A stretch of DNA of 64,000 nucleotides, taken from assembly GCF_963921235.1 (NCBI RefSeq), contig NC_086097.1:180174001-180238000 (forward strand), written 5' to 3'. Shown here one piece after another: positions 1 through 13,214 of the stretch. The notes beneath the pieces are model-generated. The model saw only the letters and a program-made list of their open reading frames with translations. It was not told the DNA's origin and did not search any database. Every line of letters starts with the position of its first letter. The stretch's first letter is position 1. Position numbers and translations under genes: made by a program. The stretch comes from Mobula hypostoma (lineage: Eukaryota).

Positions 1-113
1 AAATAAACCGCGAGAGTAACAGTGATGTCAAAACTATTCTTATCAGCTACATTATCATGTTTCTGTACATCTCCATCGCCTTGGGGCACATAAGGAGCTG
101 CTTGAATTGCCTG
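1..113 (+). CDS. NPC1: NPC1 exon ~12 (5'-truncated by window), start of sterol-sensing domain
   Basis: Frame from nt 3: [37 protein letters not shown]; donor GTGAGT at 114. Confidence 0.95.
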
Positions 114-731
114 GTGAGTGAAGCAGGCAGATATCCTCATTGCATTGCTGTTTTGGGTGGGGGGGGAGAATTAATTGTGCAACTGAAATGATTAGGCAAA
201 AATGCAGATTTTAAAAGGTAATAATTTCCCCAGATTGGTGGTTTGCAGTGGTGAAAATTTTCAGTTGTTGTTCTATCAAGTGTTGGAGTGCAGGTATTCA
301 ATAAGGTGCAAGACAGATTGAGGTAGTCTAGTATACTTGGGCAATGGGGTAGAAGTTGTCCTTGAGCTGGTGGTACCTGTTTTCAAGCTTAATTCTATTG
401 GCGCTGTTTGTTTGTGTAGTCTCAAGTTCACTTTGAATCTACTCTGGTGAATACCTAACGGGACCAGACCTAATCCTCGTGACTGCACCCAGTGCTCTCC
501 CTCAGTCCATGTTAGAAACAAAGCTGGTTACTTCCATCATGATGATCAAAAGCCATCCATGACCCAGAGTTTGGGAATTTCAGTGTGTTGTGCCTTAGTG
601 GCTAGCCCCTTGCCTGCAAGTAAGTGCACTAGCTCCAGAGGAGAACTTTGTTCAAATTTTATGGATAACGAGCAGGATTACAGCTGCCTTGATAAGTTTA
701 CGTTTACCTTTTTCATTTTGCTGTTGTCTAG

Positions 732-914
732 GTGGACTCTAAGATTTCTCTAGGAATGGCTGGCATTGTGATTGTGCTGAGCTCGGTGGCCTGTTCGCTG
801 GGGATCTTTAGCTATGCTGGGATCCCCCTCACACTGATTGTGATTGAAGTCATCCCTTTCCTGGTGCTGGCGGTCGGTGTAGACAACATATTCATCATTG
901 TTCAGACATTTAGG
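732..914 (+). CDS. NPC1: NPC1 exon ~13 (SSD)
   Basis: tag|[24 protein letters not shown]...[23 protein letters not shown]|gtattc. Confidence 0.95.
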
Positions 915-1000
915 GTATTCATGTTAATCACATTTTTTTATATATGTTCCACATGGTTAACTTGATTGGGGTCCTGATCACACTCCTTTCCTCTCTGCAG

Positions 1001-1115
1001 AGAGACAAACGACTGCTTGATGAGTCAGTTGACCAACAGATTGGCAGAGTTCTGGGTGAGGTGGCACCAAGTATATTCCTGTCATCCTTCTCTGAGACGG
1101 TGGCATTCTTCCTGG
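1001..1115 (+). CDS. NPC1: NPC1 exon ~14
   Basis: cag|[38 protein letters not shown](G)|gtatgt. Confidence 0.95.
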
Positions 1116-2399
1116 GTATGTCTGATAGTCTTGTACATGACGTGGTTGACAGAATTACGAGGTCTTGCTCTTTTGAATACTTCAAAATCCACACTGGTTT
1201 AAGTTGGAAACTTGATCAGCAACCAGGAAATTAAATTTCTTGTGGTTCTACGGGTGTGTATGTTTTGTTTAGTCGCATTGGTTGCTAGTTCCGTATGTGA
1301 CACAGAAAGGAAATTATCTTAACCCAACTCCATTCACTCCTCACAATGGGACACCTTCCCTACTGTTCTGATCTGCTCAACTATGCAGCTTATTTGGCTC
1401 CATGTTCCAGCTTTGTCCCCTATCAGATTCCATCATCTGCAGCTCTTTGTCACCACCTCTTGCCTCTGTATTCCTACACTCTCCTCCTCCCTCTGCTTAT
1501 TGTCCTCCCCCACTGATTGCCAGCTTTTGTTCCAGCCCCTCTCTCTTTATACTGGCACCTCGCCTCTGCTCAATCTAGATGAATGTCTCGAACCAAAGTA
1601 TCAACCGTCTATTTCCCCCACAGATGCTGCCTTACCCGAGCTCCTTCAGCAGTTCTTTTGCTCTTGATCCAGCCATACTTGGGCCCAATTTGACACTAGA
1701 GGATTAACACTTCATTGTAGAATCCCTCCCTATAGAATGGGAGAGGAAATGGTAGAAATAAGCTTAAACATTAAAAGGTAACTTTTAAAGGTAGTGTGAA
1801 AATTAATCAGGGCAAATGTATTGCCTCATCTTTGAGAAACCAGAGGGCTGTGGCTATCTGTAGATTGAAATGTTTCTGGTCACTGGAAGTATTGACATCT
1901 TTTAGAGATTAGATCAGTCATTGATGGGGAAAATTTTGTAGAATTGTCTAATGTTTATTTGAGGAAAGCCCACTAATGGGCGATGTGCCCTCATTGTCAG
2001 AGAAATGTAGATACTAGCACTGCTTCGAGGTCACTGATATATGACAGCCAATTGGGCGTATCCTTGCAGCCTGAGAGACAGATTTATTCTGACTGTCACC
2101 AATCTCTAATCATCTAATGCTCCCATACCATGAATTTCTGTGCACTAATCTTTAAAGGTGCATCGTGAAATACAGATGCATTGCTGACTTTTTTTTTCCC
2201 CCTCTATCAACTCTTCATGTTTCCAAGTTAACTCTTCATCAACCTTGTCTTCAGATTTATGGCTTTCACTGAAGTCACCACAACAGCTAGGGAGTATGTG
2301 CTCCAGAAAGCTGAATGGCTGATAACCAAAAGCAGTTAATGAACATTGGCCTTGTCAATGATGTTGGAAACAAAAGATGAACAAATACCTTGATATGGT

Positions 2400-2830
2400 A
2401 CAATTACAAAGCTGAGTTGTCATCTGCACAAGTACTTGTATGCACAGGAACAATAAAAAAAAATTTTGTAGACTATCATCTGGCAGTGTCAGACAAACAG
2501 ATTTAACATAAATTTTACACAAGTTTTACTAGAAAACATAAGTAGAACAAAGTCTGCAGTGCCAAATAGTCAGTGTCGCTACACTTGGGGTACTGTTTAG
2601 GGTTGTGCCATTAAGTTCAAGAACCAAATGGTTGAAGGGAAGTAGCTATTCCTGAACCTGGTGGTGTAGGACTGCAGGCTTTTGTCTCCTGTGAGAAGAT
2701 TGCATGGCCAGATAGTGGGGATCTTCAGGTATTGTTGTGTTGAGATAGTACCCGTTGTAGGTGGGGAAGGATGTGCTCATGGTAAATTGGACCAGGTCCT
2801 CTGCGGTGCAGCTTTTTGCACTCCTATCAT
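2400..2830 (-). mobile_element. Rex/Babar-type LINE 3' fragment (degenerate)
   Basis: Similar (reverse) to the 3' ends at 26900-27130 and 47200-47660. Confidence 0.55.
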
Positions 2831-2974
2831 TCAATTTCACTATCCTGAGACAACAGAAACCCTTAGGTTCTCCTGAATAAACAGGAGAATGGTAACACAG
2901 AGCCAGGGGCTGGTGGAATGGCAGACACGTGGGAGCTGAAAATTAATCCTTCAGTAGGAGCACTTGCATGTCAG

Positions 2975-3332
2975 TAGGGAAGACAAAGCTAGATGCAGGA
3001 AGATTGTTCCTGATGTTGGGGAAGTCCAGAACGAGGGGTCACAGTTTGAGGATAGAGGGGAAGCCTTTTAGGACCGAGATTAGGAAAAACTTCTTCACAC
3101 AGAGAGTGGTGAATCTGTGGAATTCTCTGCCACAGCAAACTGTTGAGGCCAGTTCATTGGCTATGTTTAAGAGGGAGTTAGATATGGCCCTTGTGGCTAC
3201 AGGGGTCAGGGGGTATGGAGGGAAGGCTGGGGCGGGGTTCTGAGTTGGATGATCAGCCATGATCATAATAAATGGTGGTGCAGGCTCGAAGGGCCGAATG
3301 GCCTACTCCTGCACCTATTTTCTATGTTTCTA
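2975..3332 (+). mobile_element. CR1 LINE 3' fragment, little decayed
   Basis: TRGHSLRI...RKNFFTQRVVNLWNSLP; tail cctactcctgcacctattttctatgtttcta. Confidence 0.85.
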
Positions 3333-3453
3333 AAAATAAGAATCTTCAAAGATAAAAAGAATAAATCTTGGGTAAATGAGTTTTTTAAAGAATGTCAGCA
3401 TAATTAAACTGGATCTTGAATTTATGTCAGAAACACTTTAACTTCCTTTTCAG

Positions 3454-3581
3454 GTTCCTTGTCCACAATGCCAGCAGTTCGTACCTTCTCCCTATTCGCA
3501 GGGATGGCTGTGTTCATAGACTTCCTACTCCAGATATCCTGCTTTGTTAGTCTCTTTGGGCTGGATGTCCAGCGGCAGGAG
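3454..3581 (+). CDS. NPC1: NPC1 exon ~15
   Basis: cag|(G)[42 protein letters not shown]|gtgaga. Confidence 0.95.
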
Positions 3582-3751
3582 GTGAGAAGATTCTTGGCAC
3601 TTGGCAATAGGGCACTACAACCCCAAACAGTGTTCCACCTACTGAGCTACTCTGTCCTAAGTATTCTATGTGTTGTTGGAAATTTAACCTTTAGCATCTT
3701 TGTTAGTTTGTGGCATGCTTGTGCACTAACACTTGAATGTTTCATTTGCAG

Positions 3752-3886
3752 AGTAACCGGATGGATATAGTGTGCTGTGTCAAACAAAAGAGGGCTAATA
3801 CAGATCATTCTGAAGAACTTCTCTTCAGATGCTTCAAGTATATCTATGCTCCATTTTTGTTAACCAATTGGGTGCGACCCATTGTG
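3752..3886 (+). CDS. NPC1: NPC1 exon ~16
   Basis: cag|[14 protein letters not shown]...[16 protein letters not shown]|gtaagt. Confidence 0.93.
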
Positions 3887-5004
3887 GTAAGTACCAACTG
3901 TGAAAAGCTTTGGAGGAATGCCATTAGGTCAACAGGTAACTGTTTTGGTGGAGTATAATGTGGTAGATTTATTTTGTGATAATAGACATCTGACCATTTG
4001 TGGAATACTGGAAATTTTGACAACAAGCTTGAACATTGATTATCACAACTCAATAAAGATCCTTGTGGATTCGTTACCGAGGTAGAGAGAATTAAGGATG
4101 AGGAACTTTAACATGTTTTGAGCAAGTGGGAGGGTGAGAGCTTTGGACTAGGATCTAGGTTACATTGAGAAATGTTTGGCTGGGAGGCTCCTAAAACATC
4201 TAAATTCTCAAACAAACCTTAAGATTATTTTACCTGGCTCTGCCCTGCTGTTAGAGAAGATATCCAGTTTTAGTTCAGACAGCTGAATGACAGTACAGCC
4301 CCACAGTTGCAAACAGTGGCCAAGGACTAGTTTGGAGCCGTAAGTGCCTGCCTCATTTGGCAGGAATATCTGTTACTTCAAATGATTTATCAGTGAGGCT
4401 TGCCATCAAAGTGTAGTATTCTAGATCTAGTTTTAATGGAGGTAGTATCTCAAAGTAATGTATCCTATTCCTTTACCTGCCCTGGGAGTGTGCATGGAAC
4501 ATTGAGGCCGTTGTTTGGGTCCAATCGATGAACCACATCTGTCTTTCAGTCATTAATTGATGGCAACAGCTTCTGAAATCAACTTTACAGAAAATTATGC
4601 AGCCATTACTAGCTGCTGGAATTGAGTTAACCTTTACGTGACATAGCCCTTAGTCAATGTCAGAATTGTACTTATTATCACTGGTATATGTCATGAAATT
4701 AAGTTTCCATGAGGGTTAAATATCTAAGAGTCTTGAATGTCCTTGGTGGGGAGGACTGTGCCCCTGGAGCTGAGTCTACACCCCTCTGCAGCCTCTCGTG
4801 ATCCTGGGCGTTGGCGCCTCCGTACCACGCTGTGATGCAGCCAGTCAGGATGCTCTCCACTGGACATCTGTAGCAATTTGCTCGTCTTTGTTGGTGAAAT
4901 CATTGGATCAGCTGCATTGTGTGGTTTTTGTCATACTTTACTGGTTTCTAACATTCAGACTGTCCACTATCCTTGTCTAATGCACCTGAATTTCTTCTCC
5001 CTAG

Positions 5005-5094
5005 ATATCAGTATTTGTTGCACTCCTGTCATTCAGCATTGCAGTAGTAAATAAAGTTGAGATTGGATTGGCCCAGAGTTATTCTATGCCTGAT
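5005..5094 (+). CDS. NPC1: NPC1 exon ~17
   Basis: tag|ISVFVALLSFSIAVVNKVEIGLAQSYSMPD|gtaagt; absent from ORF track. Confidence 0.93.
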
Positions 5095-5175
5095 GTAAGT
5101 ACAGTGACTGAACTGTATTTAATAACCTCCTTATTACATTGATGCACTTGTAATTGTGAACTCCCCCATCCTTAG

Positions 5176-5366
5176 GACTCCTACCTCCTTGATTACTTTG
5201 CATCGATGGACAGATACTTCCATGCAGGTCCTCCTGTCTACTTTGTGGTTGAAGAAGGACATAATTATACCTCCCCTGAGGGGCAAAACTCAGTATGTGG
5301 TGGTGTCAGCTGTAACAACAACTCCCTTGTCCAACAAGTCTACAATGCTGCGATGCTGAGTAACTA
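5176..5366 (+). CDS. NPC1: NPC1 exon ~18 (C-terminal luminal domain)
   Basis: tag|[31 protein letters not shown]...[23 protein letters not shown](Y)|gtaagt. Confidence 0.95.
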
Positions 5367-6526
5367 GTAAGTTCTGTCAAAGGATCATGTTTGTAGAACA
5401 GTACAGGCTCGGGTGTCGTGCCAACCTTATAAACTTCTCCAAGGTCAATCTAATCCTTCTCTTTCAGACAGCCCTCTTATTTTTCTTTCATCCATGTGCC
5501 TATCTAAAAGTCCCTTGTATGTTCCTAATGTGTCTGTGTCTGCCTCTGCCACCATCTCTGAGAAGGCATTCCACACAACTATTGAAGTGGAAGCATTTGA
5601 TCAGGCACGTATACATTGCCTCTCATCTTTCCATTATGGAAAGAAATCAGTTAATGTTTTGGATCAAAGGACCCTTCCTCTAATAGGGGGGAGTGGAGGG
5701 GTGGGGTGATGTGGGTTGCAGGGAAGAAAGGAATTAGCTGAATTAGTTAATACAGATCGAGGGGGTGGGTCAGGAGTGCGAGTGCTGAATGTTGGTAAGG
5801 AATTGAAGAAATGGGCAAGAAAGAATTCTGTGTGATAATAGAGGAATTCAATGTCCATTCCAGAGATTTACAAAGTGCCCAGGTGGAAAATATTCTAGTT
5901 AAGGTTGGGCTTCAGCTCAGCGGAGTGAGCCACAGGTGGGTCAGGAAGGGAAGGCAATGGAGCTCCTGCGGACAGAGGGCACATATTCTGTGAAGTGCTT
6001 TCTCTGTGAAATGGACTGCAGTCAGAAAATACTAAATTAGAGCTGGCTTGTTAATTTTGTACAGTGTACATCGTCAACAGAAGTTCTGGTCCTAGAATGA
6101 ATGAATCTGTTCTTAGGAGTAAATGAATTTTGGAGCCAGTATGTTGGCAGACTGATCTATGTAACTTGAATGCCTGAGTTTTGAGGTATTCTCAGAACAG
6201 ACATCTTCTCCCTCAGCTGAAGTTTTAAAGGTTGGAATACCTACCTTACTCTCCAATAGATTATTACTTTTTTAAGCAATCTTGTAGAATCTCTGCAAAT
6301 CACAAACCTGTAGTGCAGAAGCCACAATAGTGCAAATGGTGTTTTGTCTTGCAGAATATCACATTAACTTTGCCTAATGTAAAATTTCCCACCTCACTGT
6401 TCCTTAATCCATTCAACTACTTGTCCAGACACCTGCCCTGCCACCACTTTTGTAAATGTGACTTTTTTTTTTGAACATGTGCTATGACTGTTTTAACTAG
6501 ATTTGAAACACTTTCATTTTCCTCAG

Positions 6527-6642
6527 TACGAAAATAGGTTTCCCACCATCCTCCTGGATTGATGATTACTTTGACTGGGTGAAGCCACAATCGACCTGCT
6601 GTAGAGTGTACAATAATACAGAAAACTTCTGCAATGCAACAG
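6527..6642 (+). CDS. NPC1: NPC1 exon ~19
   Basis: cag|[38 protein letters not shown]|gtaaaa. Confidence 0.95.
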
Positions 6643-6689
6643 GTAAAACTGCATGAACATTTCCACAAGGCAACATTGCAGCTCTATAA

Positions 6690-7170
6690 AACTCTGCTTT
6701 AGGAAACGATTGCAGTATTGTTTAGTTCGGGTCACCTCATAGGTTGTGGAAGTTTTAGAGAGGGTGCAGAGGAGATTTACCAAGGTGCTGCCTAGATTAG
6801 AGAGCATGTCTTATGAGGAAATGTTGAACAAGTTAAGGAGCAAAGGAGGATGAGAAGCAACTTCAGGTATAAAGATTATAAGAAGCATAGATAGTGGACA
6901 GCCAGATACTTTTTTTCCTCGGGGTAGAAATGGCTAATATGAGGGGGCACAATGTTAAGGTGATTGGAGGAGAATATAGAGGGTATTGTCAGAGTTGTGT
7001 TTTTTTTTTAGAAGAGTGGTGGATGTATGGAATGTGTTGCCAGGATTGCTGGTAGAGGCAGAAACGTCAGGAACGTAATGAAAGAGAAGTGGAGGACTGT
7101 GGGAGTGAAGCTCCAGATTGATCTTGGTTAAAAGGTCAGCACATTGTGGGCCACAGGGCCTGTGTGCTCC
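6690..7170 (+). mobile_element. CR1 LINE 3' fragment
   Basis: LERVQRRFTKVLP-like stretch and CR1-type 3' UTR. Confidence 0.7.
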
Positions 7171-8426
7171 AGGTGGACTGCTGATTCTGTTATTGAAACA
7201 GAAGGAATTAATTTGAAATGTGAAAGATTAGCTTTATTTGCCACATGTACATTGAAACTTGCAATCAAGTGTGTTTTGTGTCAAATGAAATTAGCGAGGA
7301 TTATGCTAGGCTTCAGGTGCCAATATGGTATACCCACACTACATCTTTGGAATATGGGAAGGAACCACATGGTCACAGGAAGAACATGCAAACTCCTTCT
7401 GGTGGCAGTGGGGATTGAACCCCAATCAGTGATTGCTGGTTGGTGCTGTAGAATAATGCACTACCCTGCCACCTCACCTCCCCATGAAGTTGGGGTCCTT
7501 TGGGGGGTGGGGGGGGGGGAATTACTCTTGTACAGAGTACATAAAGGAAGTGGATGTTCAGATTGTAACTTCCTGATATTGGGGAAAGAGATGAAGGACC
7601 TTGAGTGACTTTGACCTTTTGATCGGTACTGACCTGTCAAACCTCAGACCTGCAGTACGACTGGGGGAGAGAATGCAAAAGAAGAAGTTACACGCTAGAA
7701 ATTGGATTGGAGAACCATTGTCTGTATATATCAAACCTGGAAATACTTGATTTGTGCCCATTTCTGGCAGTCCTGCCAACTGTACAGGACATTTCTGTTG
7801 TACCTCAGCATGGGAATCATTTTTTTGCACGCTGCTTGATGACAAATCTGGCCGAATGTCTGTGTGGGGTTTGTGTACTCTCCCTGTGACTGTGGGGACG
7901 TCCCAACTGGTATCATTTTTATCGTACAAGAGTGTAGGTGAGTGGTAGAGTGTGGCGAGGGTAGAGTACAAAACTAACGGGAGATGAGGATGGTCCATAC
8001 TGACATGGGGGTAATTTTGCAAAACAGTCCTTAGAGGGGAACATCATTGTTTCATGCCAGTAGAACAGAGTGAAGCACATTTCTAGCAGTTTGATTTTGT
8101 GCATCTGTACTCTTTCCCCTGTATCCCCTTGCATGAATTCCTTTCTTTCCCAACCCCACCAGCACCTGTCTCCAACCACCTTCAATGCAGGAGAAGAAAT
8201 TGCCACCAGTTAAAATGCATGTTCCCTTTCATAGTGTTGGACATGTCACAGTACAGATAGGGTAAGATCCTGTTCTGTAGGCTCCTCTCAGAGTTGACTG
8301 GTTCCTGCCACAATATCGCTTAAGCCTTGTCTGTAGTGGTGCTCTAAGATTGTAGCTTGACTGTGATGTCCAGGTATGGGTGGATATAGAAGAATGTCAG
8401 AGACTAATCACAGTTTTCCCTTGCAG

Positions 8427-8556
8427 TTCAAAATCCAGAGTGCGTTCGCTGTCGTCCACTGAACGAAAAGGGGAAGCAAAGACCACATGGTGAAGACTTC
8501 ATGACATTTCTCCCCATGTTTCTGTCTGACAACCCCAATCCAAAATGTGGCAAAGG
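8427..8556 (+). CDS. NPC1: NPC1 exon ~20
   Basis: cag|(V)[42 protein letters not shown](G)|gtaagg. Confidence 0.95.
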
Positions 8557-9228
8557 GTAAGGCCGTCCATCCTCCAGTAGATAAGGTGCCTTTTCAGCAA
8601 AGTCGTCATCTGTAATCCTTGGACTTGAATTTCACAACTTGTTCAATTAACCCAGTGCAGCTTGGTTGTTAATGTTGAAGTTTGTAAACACCCTAGGTTT
8701 GTGTGGTTGAGCTTTAAAGTGAGTCACTTTGGCACACATAACCAATAGTTGTACCACAGTGCAACTTCCATTACCTGGAATCTGTTGAAGGCAAATGAAC
8801 CATCCAAAGTTATAGGTTGCACTTAGAATGTACTCATCCAGGCAAAACCAGTATAAATTTTAAACTATGTAACACAGTTAAATGACTTAGTAGCCCTATA
8901 TTTCTCCCACCGCTAGTTAGTGTGCCACCTATAATGCACTGCAGCCATAACCAAGGTAACACTGCACAGCAGTAGATACCCATGACCTGTATTATAGAAC
9001 AGAAGGCACATGTTGTTCCCAGCCAGATGGTTAGTTGAAATTGTGTTGGATACAGTAAATGTGGGCTAGGTTGCCCTTCCATTTTAGTTCATACTTTATT
9101 GGCTTATCAAATTGGCAATTCAGGATCAGTTTCCAACAGCTGCATGTGCAGTTGCCTGGAAGAAGAATTTACTTAGTGATACAGGGCAGAATAGGCCCTT
9201 CTGGTCCTTCGAGCCATGCTGCCCTGAA

Positions 9229-12200
9229 AAGAGAGGAGGTCCTGAATGAAAAGTGAGGAGATCCTGAAAACAGACTGCAGGGAGTTATGAAGGAAATTGA
9301 AAAGCAGGACCACAAAGGTAGTAATCTCGGGATTACTGCCTGTGCCATGTGACAGTGAGTATAGGAATAGTGAGGTGGAGAATAAATGCGTGGCTGAGGG
9401 ATTGGAGCAGGGGGCAGGGATTCAGATTTCTGGATCATTGGGACCACTTTTGGGGCAGGTGTGACCTGTACACAAAGGACGGGTTGCACTTGAATCCTAG
9501 GGGGACCAATACCCTGGTGGGGAGGTTTGCTAAGACTATTGGGGAGAGTTTAAACTAGAATCGCTGGGGTTGGGAACCAAACTGAAGAGACGGAGGAAGG
9601 GGCGGTTGGCTTACAAGCAGAGAAAGCTTGTAGGCAGTGTGAGAGGGAGGATAGGCAGGTGATAGAGGAGGGATTTGCTCAGACAGATGGTTTGAGATGT
9701 GACTATTTTAATGTAAGGGGTATCATGAACAAAGTAGATGAGTTTAGAGCGTGGATCAGCACTTAGAGCTATGATATTGTGGCCATTACAGAGACTTGGA
9801 TGGCTCAGGGGCAGGATTGGTTACTTTGAGTGCCAGGCTTTAGATGCTTTAGATGTTTTCAGAAAGGACAGGGAGGGAGGAAAAAGAGGTGGAGGCATGG
9901 CACTGTTGATCAGAGATAGTGTCACGGCTGCAGAAAAGGAGGAAGTCATGGAGGGATTGTCACAGAGTCTCTGTGGGTGGAAGTTAGGAACAGGATGGGA
10001 TCAATAACTCTACAGGGTGTTTTTTTTTTTACATAGACCACCCAATAGTAACAGGGACATCGAGGAGCAATGGAGACAGATTCTGGAAAGGTGTAAGAAT
10101 AACAGGGTTGTCGTCGTGGGAGATTTTAATTTTCCAGATATCGATTGGCATTTCCCTAGAGCAAGGGGTTTAGATGAGGTGGAGTTTGTTGTGGTGTGTT
10201 CAGGAAGGTTTCTTGACAGAATATGTAGATAAGCCTACAAGAGGAGAGGCTGTATTTGATCTGGTATTGGGAAATGAACCTGGTCAGGTGTCAGGTCTCT
10301 CAGTGGGAGAGCATTTTGGAGATGGTGGTCATAATTCTATCTCCTCTACCATAGCACTGGAGAGGGATAGGAACAGACAAGTTAGGAAAGTGTTTAGTTG
10401 TAGTAAGGGGAAATATGAGGCTATCGGGCAGGAACTTGAAAGCATGGATTGGGACCAGATGTTCTCGGGGAAATGTACGGAAGAAAATGTGGCACATATT
10501 CAGGGGATATTTGCGTGGAGTTCTGCATAGGTACGTTCCAATGAGACAGGGAAGTTATAGTAGGGTGCAGGAACCGTGGTGTAGGAAGGCTGTAATAAAT
10601 CTAGTCAAGAAGAAAAGAAAAACTTACAAAAGGTTCAGAGAGCTAGGTAATTTTAGGGATCTAGAAGATTATAAGGCTAATAGGAAGGAGTTTAAGAAGG
10701 AAATTAGGAGAGCCAGAAGGGGCCATGAGAAGGCCTTGGTAAGCAGGATTAAGGAAAACCCCAAGGCATTCTACAAGTATGTGAAGAGCAAGAGGATAAG
10801 ACGTGAAAGAATAGGACCTATCAAGTGTGACAGTGGGAAAGTGTGTATGGAACCGGAGGAAAGAGCAGAGGTACTTAATGAATACTTTGCTTAAGTATTT
10901 GCTATGGAAAAGGATCTTAGTGATTGTAGTGATGACTTGCAGCGGACTAAAAAGCTTGAGCATGTAGATATTAAGAAAGAGGATGCGCTGGAGCTTTTGG
11001 AAAACATTAAGTTGGATAAGTCGCTGGATCTGGATGAGATATACCCCAGGCTACTGTGGGAGGCGAGGGAGGAGATTGCTGAGCCTCTGGCAATGATCTT
11101 TGCATCATCAGTGGGGATGGCAGAGGTTCCGGAGGATTGCAGATGTTGTTCCCTTATTCAAGAAAGGGAGTAGGGATAGCCCAGGAAATTGCAAACCAGC
11201 GAGTCTTTCTTTTGGAGAGGCATAATATGATTAGGAATAGTCAGCATGGCTTTGTCAAAGGCAGGTCGTGCCTTACGAGCCTGATTGAATTTTTTGAGGT
11301 GGTGACTAAACACATTGAAGGTAGAGCAGTAGATGTAATGTATATGGATTTCAGCAAGACATTTGATAAGGTACCCCATGCAAGGCTTATTGAGAAAGTA
11401 AGGAGGCATGGGATCCAAGGGGACATTACTTTATGGATCCAGAACTGGCTTGCCCACAGAAGGCAAAGAGTGGTTGTAGACGGGTCATATTCTGCATGGA
11501 GGTCAGTGACCAGTGGTGTGCCTCAGGTATCTGTTCTGGGACCCCTACCAGATTTTTATAATTTTATGATTATAATATTATAATCATAAAATTATAAAAT
11601 TATGATTATAATTATAAAAAACCCTTATTTTTAAAATTGACCTGGATGAGGAAGTGGAGGGATAGGTTAGTAAATTTGCTGATGACACAAAGGTTGGGGT
11701 TGTCGTGGATAGTGTTGAGGGCTGTCAGAGGTTACAGCGGGACATCAATAGGATGTAAAACTGGACTGAGAAGTGGCAGATGGAGTTCAACCCAGATAAG
11801 TGTGAGGTGGTTCATTTTGGTAGGTCAAATATGATGGCAGAATATAGTATTAATGGTAAGACTCTTGGCAGTGTGGAGGATCAGAGGGATCTTGGGGTCT
11901 GAGTCCATAGGACACTCAAAGCTGCTGTGCAGGTTGACTCTGTGGTTACAAAAGCATATGGTGCATTGTCCTTCATCAATCGTGGGATTGAGTTTAGGAG
12001 CCGAGAGGTAATGTTGCAGCTATATAGGACCCTGGTCAGATCCCACTTGAAGTACTGTGCTCAGTCCTGGTCGCCTCACTACAGGAAGGATGTGGAAACC
12101 GTAGAAAGGGTGCAGGGGAGATTTACAAGGATGTTGCCTGGATTGGGGAGCATGCCTTATGAGAATAGGTTGAGTAAACTCGGCCTTTTCTCCTTGGAGC

Positions 12201-12578
12201 AACGGAGGATAAGAGGTGACCTGATGGAGGTGTGTAAGATGATGAGAGGCATTGATCGTGTGGATAGTCAGAGGCACTTTCCCAGGGCTGAAATGCCGAG
12301 CACGAAAGGGCACAGTTTTAAGGTGCTTGGAAGTAGGTACAGAGGAGATGTCAGGGGTAAATTTTTTACACAGAGAGTGGCGAGTGCGTGGGATGGGCTG
12401 CCGGCAACGGTGATGGAGGCAGAAATGACAGGGTCTTTTAAGAGACTCCTGGATAGGTATATGGAGCTTTTAAAAAAAGAGTGCTCTGGGTAACCCTCGG
12501 TAATTTCTAATGTAAGGACATGTTCAGCACAGCTTTGTGCACCGAACAGCCTGTATGGTGCTGTAGGTTTTCTACATT
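9229..12578 (+). mobile_element. 5'-truncated CR1 LINE (ORF1 esterase end, APE endonuclease, RT), frameshifted; inserted in a SINE
   Basis: DGLHLNPRG; VVVGDFNFPDIDW; QHGFVKGRSCLT; DFSKTFDKVPH; SGVPQ; KFADDTK; candidate TSD cctgaa at 9223-9228 and 12579-12584. Confidence 0.92.
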
Positions 12579-13013
12579 CCTGAACTCCATTAACCTGACA
12601 TAATCACGGGACAATTTACAATGGATGATTAACCTACCTGGTTGCATCTTTAGACTGTGGAAGGAAACTGGAGGACCCTGGAGATAACTGGTGCATTCCA
12701 TGGAGGATGTACAGAGACTCCTTACAGAACAGGGCCAGAATTGAACTGTGGACTGAGTGGCACATGTCACTTGGCAGTTTTAGGCTCCATATCCTTCTTC
12801 CCTCTCCACCCAATTCTTGACTCTTGTCAGAGGAAATATTCTAGTCACATTTAACTTGTTCAGCTGTTAACACATTTCAATCTGATCTTCCAGAATCATT
12901 TTCCTTTTACTAACACCATTGAAGGATTCTCGCTCTACTGGAAGTAGAATTAAATGGTGGAAGCAAAATAATATTTGGAAGGTGAATTGTTAACCAATGT
13001 CTCTCTTCTGCAG

Positions 13014-13214
13014 TGGGCATGCAGCATATGGATCTGCTGTGAAGTTGATTCATAACAACACAGGTGTGGGTGCCACTTATTTTATGACATACCACACTGT
13101 ACTGAAAACATCTGCTGACTTCATTGATGCTGCAAAGATGGCTCGTGTTATTGGGCAAAACATAACTAAGTCCATGGGGATTTCAGAGAAAGGCTATCGA
13201 GTCTTTCCGTACAG
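13014..13214 (+). CDS. NPC1: NPC1 exon ~21
   Basis: cag|[11 protein letters not shown]...[22 protein letters not shown]...YRVFPY(S)|gtaaca. Confidence 0.95.

Noticed and set aside
7144..8022. Two 154-aa ORFs in an NPC1 intron
   Set aside because: Partly SINE-derived with no recognisable homology; NPC1 is complete without them
9229..12578. Esterase, endonuclease and RT ORF cluster as a novel RT system
   Set aside because: Standard CR1 LINE architecture with many stops and frameshifts
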